A DNA stretch of 24,951 nt from Lysobacterales bacterium (lineage in GTDB: Bacteria > Pseudomonadota > Gammaproteobacteria > Xanthomonadales > SZUA-5). The stretch is from positions 1 to 24,951 of the forward strand of contig JALHMH010000054.1 of NCBI GenBank assembly GCA_022844165.1. The letters run 5' to 3'. Below are positions 8,263-16,390 of the stretch, piece by piece (positions within the stretch are counted from its first letter, which is position 1; each line of letters begins with the position of its first letter). The notes beneath the pieces are model-generated. The model did not search any database and had not been told where the DNA came from. It saw nothing but the letters and a program-made list of their open reading frames with translations. The position numbers and the translations under genes are program-made.

Positions 8263-9373
8263 TGTTCAGTTGGGCGACCGCGCCTACCCCATTTTGATTG
8301 GCACGGACCTGCTGCGCGTGACCGGGCATCTGCGCGAAGCGATCGCCGGGAAACAGGTTTTGATCCTCACCGATGAGAATGTCGCACCGCTTTACTTGCA
8401 GGCCGTGCTGGCGGCATTGGATGGACTGAGAACTTCCACCGTCACGATCGCAGCAGGCGAAGCATCGAAGACACTCGCGAATGCGGAGCGCGTTTTCGAT
8501 GCGTTGGCGGCGCTCGGTGCGCAGCGCAACGCTTGTTTGATTGCCCTCGGAGGGGGCGTTGTCGGCGACCTGGGCGGCTTTGCAGCCGCGCTTTGGATGC
8601 GTGGTATTGACTTCATACAGATCCCGACCACCCTGCTGGCAATGGTGGATTCATCCGTCGGTGGTAAGACTGCCGTCAACCTGGCACATGGCAAGAACCT
8701 CGTTGGCGCCTTCTGGCAGCCACGCCGAGTCATCGCCGATATCGCAACTTTATCGACGTTGCCCGATCGCGAATATCGCGCCGGGCTGGCTGAAGTCGTG
8801 AAGTACGGCGCCATATGCGACGGCGCATTTCTCACATGGCTGGAGGACAACACCAACGCACTGAACGACCGTTCGACGAGCGCCATCGCTCACGCCGTGC
8901 TGCGTTCATGTCAGCACAAGGCGCAAATCGTCGCCCGCGACGAGCGCGAAACCGGCGAGCGCGCGCTGCTCAATTTCGGACATACCTTCGGTCATACGCT
9001 TGAGACCCTGGGGCGATATCAAACCTGGCTGCATGGTGAAGCGGTCGCCATCGGGATGACCATGGCAGCACAGTTGTCGGCTCACCTGGGCATGGCACCT
9101 CAAGGGGATGCGCAACGCCTTGCTACCCTCTTGAGGCAATTCGGGCTACCAACCACCGCAAGCGAGTCGGCACATTCGATTGTGGAGTTGATGCGCCTGG
9201 ACAAAAAAACGCTGTCCGACGTGCTCCGCCTGATCCTCTGGCGTGGTGTTGGACGCGCCGAGATCGTGGAGAATGTCGCCCCAGCGGACATCATTGCTTC
9301 CTTGCAAAATGCAGCAAATGGTCCTGCGGTACCCGCATCCGCAACAACGCTTTTCTCTAGAGTCCTTGACTGA
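8252..9373 (+). CDS. aroB: 3-dehydroquinate synthase
   Basis: ALGGGVVGD, PTTLLAMVDSSVGGKT, LLNFGHTFGH and LHGEAV. ATG at 8252 after GGAG. Confidence 0.97.
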   Translation: MRLDVQLGDRAYPILIGTDLLRVTGHLREAIAGKQVLILTDENVAPLYLQAVLAALDGLRTSTVTIAAGEASKTLANAERVFDALAALGAQRNACLIALGGGVVGDLGGFAAALWMRGIDFIQIPTTLLAMVDSSVGGKTAVNLAHGKNLVGAFWQPRRVIADIATLSTLPDREYRAGLAEVVKYGAICDGAFLTWLEDNTNALNDRSTSAIAHAVLRSCQHKAQIVARDERETGERALLNFGHTFGHTLETLGRYQTWLHGEAVAIGMTMAAQLSAHLGMAPQGDAQRLATLLRQFGLPTTASESAHSIVELMRLDKKTLSDVLRLILWRGVGRAEIVENVAPADIIASLQNAANGPAVPASATTLFSRVLD

Positions 9374-9612
9374 GCGGGATCTTGTCAATTGAGTCAAATT
9401 TTCGTCGGAGCGGCTTTGGCTGTTGAAGCCCCCTTGAGTACAAGGGGGGTGAGGATCGGCGCTGACACGCCGCTAGGCGTGTGCCGAGCCGAACGACCGG
9501 CGGCTGTGCCGCCGGGCCGGAAATGAGCGCGCAGCGCTCAATGGGGGTTTTGGCAAGTACGGTGTCTGGCGAAGCCAACAATGCTCGGCGTTCTGAGGCG
9601 AAGCCTCGCTGG
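9357..9612 (+). repeat. Repeat element A (long form containing module D at 9453-9521)
   Basis: CTAG-AGTCCTTGAC at 9357 and GAAGCCTCG-CTGG ending at 9612. Overlaps the last codons of aroB. Confidence 0.88.
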
Positions 9613-9732
9613 TTCTCGGGCAGCACAATAACCTGGAATGAAGAAGCAGGCCTCCGTCGATTTGCCGAACTCGGGTAGGATGGCCGGGGTATGCTTGCGA
9701 TGCAGCTACGCCTTCCACAATCAACGTTGACC

Positions 9733-10011
9733 ATGCGCATTTACATGCAAGCCCTCTCCAGCGGAGCCGAACCGCAGCGTTACTGCCAACTGATCTTGCA
9801 ACAAGATCTGCTGGGCGGCTGGACGTTGATTCGTGAAATGGGCCAGCCAGGCACTCGCGCAACGGTTAAGCGCGAGCAGTACCTGGAACTGGATGCGGCC
9901 CAGTCGGCGCTGATGAAGGCACGCGACCAGCAAATGAAGAAGGGATTCAAAGTGATGTTCAGTCAGGGCGCTGACGAACCGCACAGCGGGGTGCAGCATG
10001 GGTATGACTGA
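9733..10011 (+). CDS. WGR domain protein
   Basis: RYCQLILQQDLLGGWTLIREMGQPG ... KKGF pattern of single-domain WGR proteins, located between aroB and hemE. Confidence 0.8.
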   Translation: MRIYMQALSSGAEPQRYCQLILQQDLLGGWTLIREMGQPGTRATVKREQYLELDAAQSALMKARDQQMKKGFKVMFSQGADEPHSGVQHGYD

Positions 10012-10966
10012 ATTAATGATGGCGTTGGCTTTGACCTTGAACGCCGAAAAATCGGTATGCGTACCGAATGCAACTGGCGACGGATGGGATTGCGGAAAGG
10101 GCGAAACCGCGCCAGCGCCGCGGCCATTGCCGGCAACCGTACCGTCACGCGAAGCCACCCGTCCACCGCTGTACTTGATGAACCCGGATCAAATGCCGCA
10201 GCTGGTCCGCGAATCGATCGAACGTGGCGACTATGCGACAGCCGAAGCCGCCAGCGAACGCCTGCCCCCTCCACCGCCGATCCGCGCTGGCGAACCAGCC
10301 GTCGTCGATGGCAGCGCGGCAACAGCACCAGAGGTGCCATCAGCGGACCCGGTGATGAGCGCATCGAGCGATACCGCAGATCCGCCGGACAATCTTGGGA
10401 TGGAAGAGCCGGCTGCAGCGCCCTCTGAAGCTGAGGCAGCCGGAGAACGTCACAAGGAAAGCGCGGCCCTAGCCGATGAGGCGCACCCACCGACAAACGA
10501 TACGAGCGGCGATCAGCCAGCTGCGGTTTCCGTTACGCAGACAGATCCCGGCGATGCAACGCCGGCGGTCGGTTCTGCAGGCGCTGCGCCACAGGCAGAA
10601 GAACCCGGCGTACGGCCAGATCCCGATCGACCCACACGTAGTATCAGTAGCACCGCGCTGGGCGCAGACGACTTGCTGGCACTGCCAGCAGACCATTACA
10701 CGGTACAACTGACGGCAGCGCGCAGCTTGAGGGGATTCACCGAACTGCGTCAGACACTGCAACTCGCTGTGGAAGACACTTTTGTCGTACAGGTCAAACG
10801 CAACGGCGAAGATTGGTGGCTGATGTTGTGGCGTTCGTTCCCGGATGTCGACAGTGCCCGCAACGCAGCCGCAACCATTAGCACCCAGGCGCTGTGGCCT
10901 CGCCGCCTCGGACCCGTACAAACCGAAGTCCGTGCCGCCAAGGGCCAGGGCTCGGGACCGGCTTAG
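9998..10966 (+). CDS. SPOR-domain protein (DamX-like C-terminus), exported
   Basis: Hydrophobic N-terminus, Pro/Ala/acidic linker, and C-terminal HYTVQL...W..RSFPDVDSARNAA...WPR..GPVQ resembling the DamX SPOR domain. Start at 9998 or 10004. Confidence 0.75.
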   Translation: MGMTELMMALALTLNAEKSVCVPNATGDGWDCGKGETAPAPRPLPATVPSREATRPPLYLMNPDQMPQLVRESIERGDYATAEAASERLPPPPPIRAGEPAVVDGSAATAPEVPSADPVMSASSDTADPPDNLGMEEPAAAPSEAEAAGERHKESAALADEAHPPTNDTSGDQPAAVSVTQTDPGDATPAVGSAGAAPQAEEPGVRPDPDRPTRSISSTALGADDLLALPADHYTVQLTAARSLRGFTELRQTLQLAVEDTFVVQVKRNGEDWWLMLWRSFPDVDSARNAAATISTQALWPRRLGPVQTEVRAAKGQGSGPA

Positions 10967-11071
10967 CCTTTTCTGCTTCAGCCGCGAACAACAAGGCGCC
11001 GCAAGCAACGCGCTGCCAGGTTTCACATTGAGAATCGGCTGCACCGAAACTCATTTAACGACGACGAACCC

Positions 11072-12124
11072 ATGAACGAACTTTTGCATCGAGCCAGCGG
11101 CCGACATAATCGCTTCCTGCGCGCGCTGAAGCGCCTGCCGGTTGACACAACTCCAGTCTGGATCATGCGCCAGGCAGGCCGATATCTACCCGAGTACCGC
11201 GCCACACGCGAACGGGCGGGCAGCTTCATGAACTTGTGCCGTTCGCCAGAGCTCGCCTGCGAAGTCACCATGCAACCGATCGATCGATTCGATCTCGATG
11301 CGGCGATTCTGTTTTCGGATATTTTGACCATCCCTGACGCGATGGGCCTTGGACTGGACTTCGTCGAAGGCGAAGGCCCGCGATTCGCCCGGCCCATTCG
11401 GTCGGTGGACGCGATCAATGACCTGCGCGTACCAGATCCGCTGACCTCGCTACGTTACGTGCCAGACGCCGTACGCACCATTCGCAACGCGCTTGGTGGG
11501 CGCGTGCCATTGATCGGATTTGCCGGCAGCCCGTGGACCTTGGCCTGCTACATGGTAGAAGGTGGACCGAGTGAGCGTTTCGCACACATCAAACAACTGA
11601 TGTGGGACCGGCCAGAGGCGCTGACCCGCCTGCTTCGAGTGCTGACCGATAGTGTTCGCGAGTACCTGTTGGCGCAAGCCGATGCCGGTGCTCAGGTCCT
11701 GATGTTGTTCGATTCCTGGGGCGGCATTCTGGCGCCGGAAGACTATCGGCGATTCTCATTGCCGTCGCTGGCCGAACTCGCAGCGTCGTTGCGACGCGAC
11801 GACTTGCCAGTGATCGTGTTCAGCCGCGGCGCCAACACGCATTTAGATGCGCTTTCCCAGGTGGGTGCAGACGCACTCGGCCTCGATTGGTCGATTGGCT
11901 TAGGCGACGCACGCCGACAAACTCAAGATCGAATTGCACTGCAAGGCAACCTTGATCCTGCAGCTCTGTACGCCTCACCGGAGGCGCTTCGAAACCTGGT
12001 GAGACGTACTTTGTTCGACTACGGCATAGGATCTGGCCACATCTTCAACCTGGGCCACGGTATTACACCCGACGTGAATCCCGAACAGGTGCGCGTGCTG
12101 GTCGAAACGGTACATGGCGCTTAG
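11072..12124 (+). CDS. hemE: Uroporphyrinogen decarboxylase
   Basis: PVWIMRQAGRYLPEY, FSDIL, GFAGSPWTLACY, LQGNLDP and HIFNLGHGI. Confidence 0.98.
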   Translation: MNELLHRASGRHNRFLRALKRLPVDTTPVWIMRQAGRYLPEYRATRERAGSFMNLCRSPELACEVTMQPIDRFDLDAAILFSDILTIPDAMGLGLDFVEGEGPRFARPIRSVDAINDLRVPDPLTSLRYVPDAVRTIRNALGGRVPLIGFAGSPWTLACYMVEGGPSERFAHIKQLMWDRPEALTRLLRVLTDSVREYLLAQADAGAQVLMLFDSWGGILAPEDYRRFSLPSLAELAASLRRDDLPVIVFSRGANTHLDALSQVGADALGLDWSIGLGDARRQTQDRIALQGNLDPAALYASPEALRNLVRRTLFDYGIGSGHIFNLGHGITPDVNPEQVRVLVETVHGA

Positions 12125-12306
12125 CTAGAGTCCTTGACGGAGCCGGATCTTGTCAATTGAGTCTGTTTCTTCGGAGCGGCTTTGGCTTTGGCAGCCCCCT
12201 TAAATTAAGGGGGCGATTGAGCGCGCAGCGCTCGATGGGGGTTGTGGCAAGTACGCTGTCTGGCGAAGCCAACAATGCTCGGCGGTCTGAGGCGAAGCCT
12301 CGCTAG
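12125..12306 (+). repeat. Repeat element A (short form)
   Basis: CTAG-AGTCCTTGACGG immediately after the hemE stop. Ends GAAGCCTCG-CTAG at 12303-12306, shared with element B. Confidence 0.9.
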
Positions 12307-12539
12307 TGTGGTGTTCCGTCATTACCTTGAACGATTTCCGCGTCTTTCGACCCCATGCAGCGTTGCTTCTCGTCGCCATAGAAGAGCTATGTCGTCCGGC
12401 CCGGCGGCGCAGCCGCCGGTCGTTCAAGTCGGCTCGCGGCATGCCGCGAAAGCCACCGACTTTCACCCTCGTCGCGCCTTGCCTGACGCCGAAATCCGTC
12501 GGAAATATTGTTCAACTTAATGACGGAACACCACACCAG
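12303..12539. mobile_element. MITE-like element B, copy 2
   Basis: 18-bp perfect TIR TGTGGTGTTCCGTCATTA (12307-12324 / 12518-12535), bounded by CTAG and CCAG. Interior nearly identical to 3446-3682. Confidence 0.85.
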
Positions 12540-12602
12540 CCGCTCATTGCGCCCAAAAGCGAGCGCGAAGTGCGCTGCCGGATTTCGCTTCGTGTTCGAG
12601 GC

Positions 12603-13037
12603 TCAAAAGGTCTTATGAGCGCGATGCGATTCGCCGGGAACGCGCGCACGTCCTGCAGCGGTTGGTTCGCCGATGCCTGTCAGCCGTTCGAGATCGGGCT
12701 TTGAAAAGCCGTTGATCCGAACCGTACCGAACACGAAAGTCGGCACGATATCAACGCCTAACTGGCGAGCGAGCTGGCGCGACAGAGGCGAGGTGTCGAT
12801 CGTCTTTTCAACGTAATCGATGCCCAGCCCGTCCAGCCATGTTCGGGCGTCGGCGCACACCCGGCAGGTGGAGGTTGCAAAGACCACTAACTTGTCGCCC
12901 CGCACCAGCCCCTGCGCGACATGCTCGACAACTGGCCGAGCGTTCTGGGCGCGCCAAGCCTGACTTGCGATCACGCCCATCATGCTGGCAAACGCGGCGA
13001 CGCCGACATACAGCAATAAATCTCTACGCCAACCCAT
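12603..13037 (-). CDS. Membrane-anchored glutaredoxin/NrdH-like thiol-disulfide oxidoreductase
   Basis: N-terminal hydrophobic helix, then LVVFATSTCRVC (CxxC), cis-Pro VPT and INGF. GGAG RBS. Confidence 0.85.
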   Translation of the reverse strand: MGWRRDLLLYVGVAAFASMMGVIASQAWRAQNARPVVEHVAQGLVRGDKLVVFATSTCRVCADARTWLDGLGIDYVEKTIDTSPLSRQLARQLGVDIVPTFVFGTVRINGFSKPDLERLTGIGEPTAAGRARVPGESHRAHKTF

Positions 13038-13051
13038 AGCTTCTCCCCAAT

Positions 13052-13074
13052 GTCGCCCGGCTTGGCCGGGCGAC
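13052..13074 (-). promoter_or_regulatory. Intergenic 10-bp stem-loop between the peptide and redoxin genes (possible mRNA stabiliser/attenuator)
   Basis: GTCGCCCGGC-ttg-GCCGGGCGAC, a perfect stem. No U-tract follows on the minus strand. Confidence 0.55.
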
Positions 13075-13085
13075 GGTGAAGTCGA

Positions 13086-13277
13086 TCAGAACAACCCAGG
13101 ACAACCGTTTCGACGTAAGCAAATCTCGTAACGCATCGTGCAGTAGTCGTTTTGACCACCGCCGCACTGCCACCAGGCGTTGTCGCAAGCGATGCACGCA
13201 TCCGACGTCGCAAACGCGCTGCCGACGCCTGCGACCAGGGCAACAACAGCGGCACAGATTTTCTGACGCAATTTCAT
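13086..13277 (-). CDS. Small secreted cysteine-rich peptide (63 aa)
   Basis: GGAGA RBS then ATG at 13277. Sec-type signal MKLRQKICAAVVALVAGVGSAFA; 40-aa mature part TSDACIACDNAWWQCGGGQNDYCTMRYEICLRRNGCPGLF with 6 Cys. Confidence 0.85.
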   Translation of the reverse strand: MKLRQKICAAVVALVAGVGSAFATSDACIACDNAWWQCGGGQNDYCTMRYEICLRRNGCPGLF

Positions 13278-13408
13278 TTTCTTATCTCCAATACGGGGAA
13301 TCGCGAGTGCGAAATGCCGCACTCACATGAGTCACTCGCCAGCCCAGAGAATTTTCGATCACGGCAATCGGCGCAATGCCAGCAACATGCGATTCGTCAA
13401 CCCTACCC

Positions 13409-13508
13409 GAGGCGCTTCGAAACCTGGTGAAGCGTACGTAGTTCGACTAAGGCACAGGATCTGGCCGAATTTTCAACCTGCGCGTCGGGTCAAAACAGTG
13501 CATGGAGC
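13409..13508 (+). pseudogene. Decayed duplicate of the hemE 3' end
   Basis: 13409-13480 matches hemE 11981-12052 at 63/72 (first 22 bp identical). After a ~39-bp deletion the match resumes to 12092-12120. Two in-frame stops (TAG, TAA). Confidence 0.88.
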
Positions 13509-13551
13509 AAGGCGCCAGAAGAGCCGTATCTCAACTGACTTCGAACCCGGC

Positions 13552-14772
13552 CTAGACCGCCGCGATAGCAGCCTCAAGCACTTGGTCGATACCAGATTGA
13601 ATCGCGACCCAGGATGGTCTCACCGGCAAATCGGGATCGAGGCCAGCAGCTCGCCCGCGCGGATCCCCGGGCGCCAGGAAGAAGCGCCGCGTGCTGTAGG
13701 TCATTCGTCGACCGCTCGGTAACAACGCCTGGCGCACTTCACCAAAGTGGTTCAGGGACGTGCCCGCCACCTCACCAACGACGATGGCGCGCACTTCCTC
13801 CCGCAACGAATAGGCATTGAGCATGGCCGACGATTGGGTTCGCGCATGGGTAATGACACGTAATGCACGTGGTACCGCCAACGCGCTGGTTTCAAGCAAT
13901 GCCTGATAAACCGGAAAAAACAACGACGAATCGCCGCCGCCATTGCCACGAAAGTCGATGACTGCACGCCGAGCACCGACAGCGCGGACGGCCGCTCGGA
14001 CCTGAGCGACGAAGGCAGAAACGCTCAGTTCCGGATCAGCAACACATCGACGATAGTGGATCGTCAGCGACTGATCCGCGGGTCTCTGGGCCAACACATA
14101 GTGCCGCTGAGGCAACTGCTCGAATGGCAACGCAGGCCGCATGCCAAAATCGACTTCCGTCAGCGTTGGAGCGGCATCGCCATAAGCGACGATAGAGGTC
14201 CGAAGGGCCTTGTTCAGACCCGCACTGCTGATGACGTCGACGTTGTTCTGACTACCGATGCCGAGCGAGAACAACACCGCGGCGCTCGCGCCAAGACTTG
14301 CGTCGAATAGCGCCTCAAATTCAGCCGCCAAGGGGTAGCCGGCAAAGCGTCGTGCCGCATCGCGAATGGCCTCCGGTGCCAGCCCGCCCAGACTGAGGAC
14401 GCGGCGTCCCAGCCAGAACTCGGCGCCGCGCGCCACGGCGGTAACAAACCAACCTTCGGCGAACTCGGTGAGTTTGAACGGCAGGCGTCTGACCAGCAGC
14501 TCCGGCGTTTGAATGCTCGTATGCAAATCGCCCACCGCGCCCGCCAACTGCTGAAATGCGAGCGCACCGCGGGTCAGATCAAAAGCAGCGTACTTCTCGG
14601 CGATCGCGGCAAGCGATTCGAGCTCGCTTCGTGTTCGAAGCTCGAAAGGGCTGACATGCGCGTTGAGAGTCGCCATAAACGCGCGCACATCCTGCTGCAG
14701 TTCGTTCGCCGACGCTTGTCGGTGCCAAAGCGTTGCCAGCATTCCTGCGGTGATGACCTGTCGTCGTTGCAT
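13552..14772 (-). CDS. S41-family-like peptidase with Tat signal
   Basis: MQRRQVI...ASA twin-arginine signal, GDLHT, IDFRGNGGG, RTQSSAM (putative catalytic Ser), IVVGE and LPSG. Confidence 0.78.
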   Translation of the reverse strand: MQRRQVITAGMLATLWHRQASANELQQDVRAFMATLNAHVSPFELRTRSELESLAAIAEKYAAFDLTRGALAFQQLAGAVGDLHTSIQTPELLVRRLPFKLTEFAEGWFVTAVARGAEFWLGRRVLSLGGLAPEAIRDAARRFAGYPLAAEFEALFDASLGASAAVLFSLGIGSQNNVDVISSAGLNKALRTSIVAYGDAAPTLTEVDFGMRPALPFEQLPQRHYVLAQRPADQSLTIHYRRCVADPELSVSAFVAQVRAAVRAVGARRAVIDFRGNGGGDSSLFFPVYQALLETSALAVPRALRVITHARTQSSAMLNAYSLREEVRAIVVGEVAGTSLNHFGEVRQALLPSGRRMTYSTRRFFLAPGDPRGRAAGLDPDLPVRPSWVAIQSGIDQVLEAAIAAV

Positions 14773-14893
14773 GTTCGATAGCCGTCTGTCTCCGGAGACC
14801 TTACGCGTTCACCTTGCGAAATGGATGCGCCAGCGCGTCGAAATGGTCGGCAAGTGTTCTAATCGTGGGCTGACGCAAACGTGCTGGGCCAAC

Positions 14894-15703
14894 ATGCCGT
14901 ACATCGATATTCTGTTGCTTGCCGTTCTGCAGGCACTGACCGAATTCTTGCCGATCTCAAGCTCAGCGCACCTGTACTTGTATGGGGCCTGGTTTGGCGC
15001 AGGTTATCAAGGTCTGATCTTCGATCTGGGTTTGCACCTGGGAACGCTGGCGGCGGTGTTGGCGTACTTCCGTGCGGACTGGCTGCGGTTGTTCGGCGCG
15101 GTGCTCGCCTGGCGGCCGGGGACGGCCATGAACGACGATCAGCGCCTTGCAATCGGTCTTGCCCTGGCGACGGTGCCGGGCGGGATTGCCGCTTTGGCAT
15201 TAGGTGATGCCGGTGCGCTGGCATTGCGCAACTATCTGGTCATCGGTTGTATGCAGATCCTGTTCGGTTCGCTCCTGTTCTGGGCGTTTTGGCGCGCCGC
15301 CGATGCGCAGCTCGGTGAAGCGAAATTGTCGATCAAGGCGGCGCTGCTGATCGGATGTGCGCAGGCACTCGCGCTGATTCCTGGCGTATCGCGTTCCGGG
15401 GTCACCATGACCGCAGGAATGCTCTTGGGTCTTGAGCGCACAGCAGCGGCGCGATTCTCGTTCTTGCTTGCAGTTCCCATCATCGCCGCAGCCGGGCTGC
15501 ATGGTGTCGTTGAGTTGCAACGCGGCGATTCAGGAACGGACCACGCCAGCTTCTGGCTCGGCGCACTGATCAGTGCAATCGCCGGATATGCGTGCATCCA
15601 CTTCTTTCTGACCATGATTCGGCGCATCGGCATGTTGCCGTTTTTCCTCTACCGACTCGCGTTGGGTCTGGGACTGCTGGTTTTCGCGCTGTCGGGCACT
15701 TAA
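14894..15703 (+). CDS. uppP: Undecaprenyl-diphosphate phosphatase (BacA)
   Basis: QALTEFLPISSSAHL, LHLGT, ALIPGVSRSG and ARFSFLL. ATG at 14894. Confidence 0.95.
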   Translation: MPYIDILLLAVLQALTEFLPISSSAHLYLYGAWFGAGYQGLIFDLGLHLGTLAAVLAYFRADWLRLFGAVLAWRPGTAMNDDQRLAIGLALATVPGGIAALALGDAGALALRNYLVIGCMQILFGSLLFWAFWRAADAQLGEAKLSIKAALLIGCAQALALIPGVSRSGVTMTAGMLLGLERTAAARFSFLLAVPIIAAAGLHGVVELQRGDSGTDHASFWLGALISAIAGYACIHFFLTMIRRIGMLPFFLYRLALGLGLLVFALSGT

Positions 15704-15709
15704 CGGTGG

Positions 15710-16369
15710 CTACCCCAACCACGACGCAATCTGCGCGCGCGCCGCATCCACGCCGGTTTTTGCCGGCGACGAAAACAGGATGGTGGTCGCAGGAACATTC
15801 AGCGCAGCAATGGCTTTGTCGACGGCGCGCCTGGCGAGCAACGCAGGCCCACGATTAAGTTTGTCGGCTTTGCTCAGAAGCACCACCGCCGGCAATGCCC
15901 TGGCTGCGCACCAGATCAACATCTGTTCGTCGAAATCCGTGAGCGCCTGGCGCACGTCGCTGACGATGACCATGCCCTTGAGGGAACGGCGCTGGTCCAC
16001 GTAAGTGTCGATCATCTGATGCCATGCATCTCTGATCGCGTGCGGCACGCGGGCATAACCATATCCAGGCAAGTCGATCAGGCGGTCCTGTTCATTGAGC
16101 GCGAATACGACCAGATGCTGTGTTCGACCTGGGGTTTTGCTGATGCGCGCAAGCGAGCCCTGATCGACGATGGTGTTCAGCGCACTGGACTTGCCGGCAT
16201 TCGATCGCCCCGCGAACGCCACTTCGGAACCGCTGTCTTCCGGCATGCCGCCCGCGTTTGGTGTGCTCAACACGAACCGGGCCGAACGAAAGCGAACGAG
16301 CAGGCGTTCGGACTCAGATTTTTCGGGAGAATGCGATGGAATGGCCTTGATCCTGTCTGGGTGGGACAA
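15710..16369 (-). CDS. engB: Ribosome biogenesis GTPase YihA/YsxC
   Basis: EVAFAGRSNAGKSS, SKTPGRTQ, DLPGYGYA and SKADKL. Confidence 0.95.
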   Translation of the reverse strand: MSHPDRIKAIPSHSPEKSESERLLVRFRSARFVLSTPNAGGMPEDSGSEVAFAGRSNAGKSSALNTIVDQGSLARISKTPGRTQHLVVFALNEQDRLIDLPGYGYARVPHAIRDAWHQMIDTYVDQRRSLKGMVIVSDVRQALTDFDEQMLIWCAARALPAVVLLSKADKLNRGPALLARRAVDKAIAALNVPATTILFSSPAKTGVDAARAQIASWLG

Positions 16370-16390
16370 ATGGCGCCGCAGCTGCGAGCA

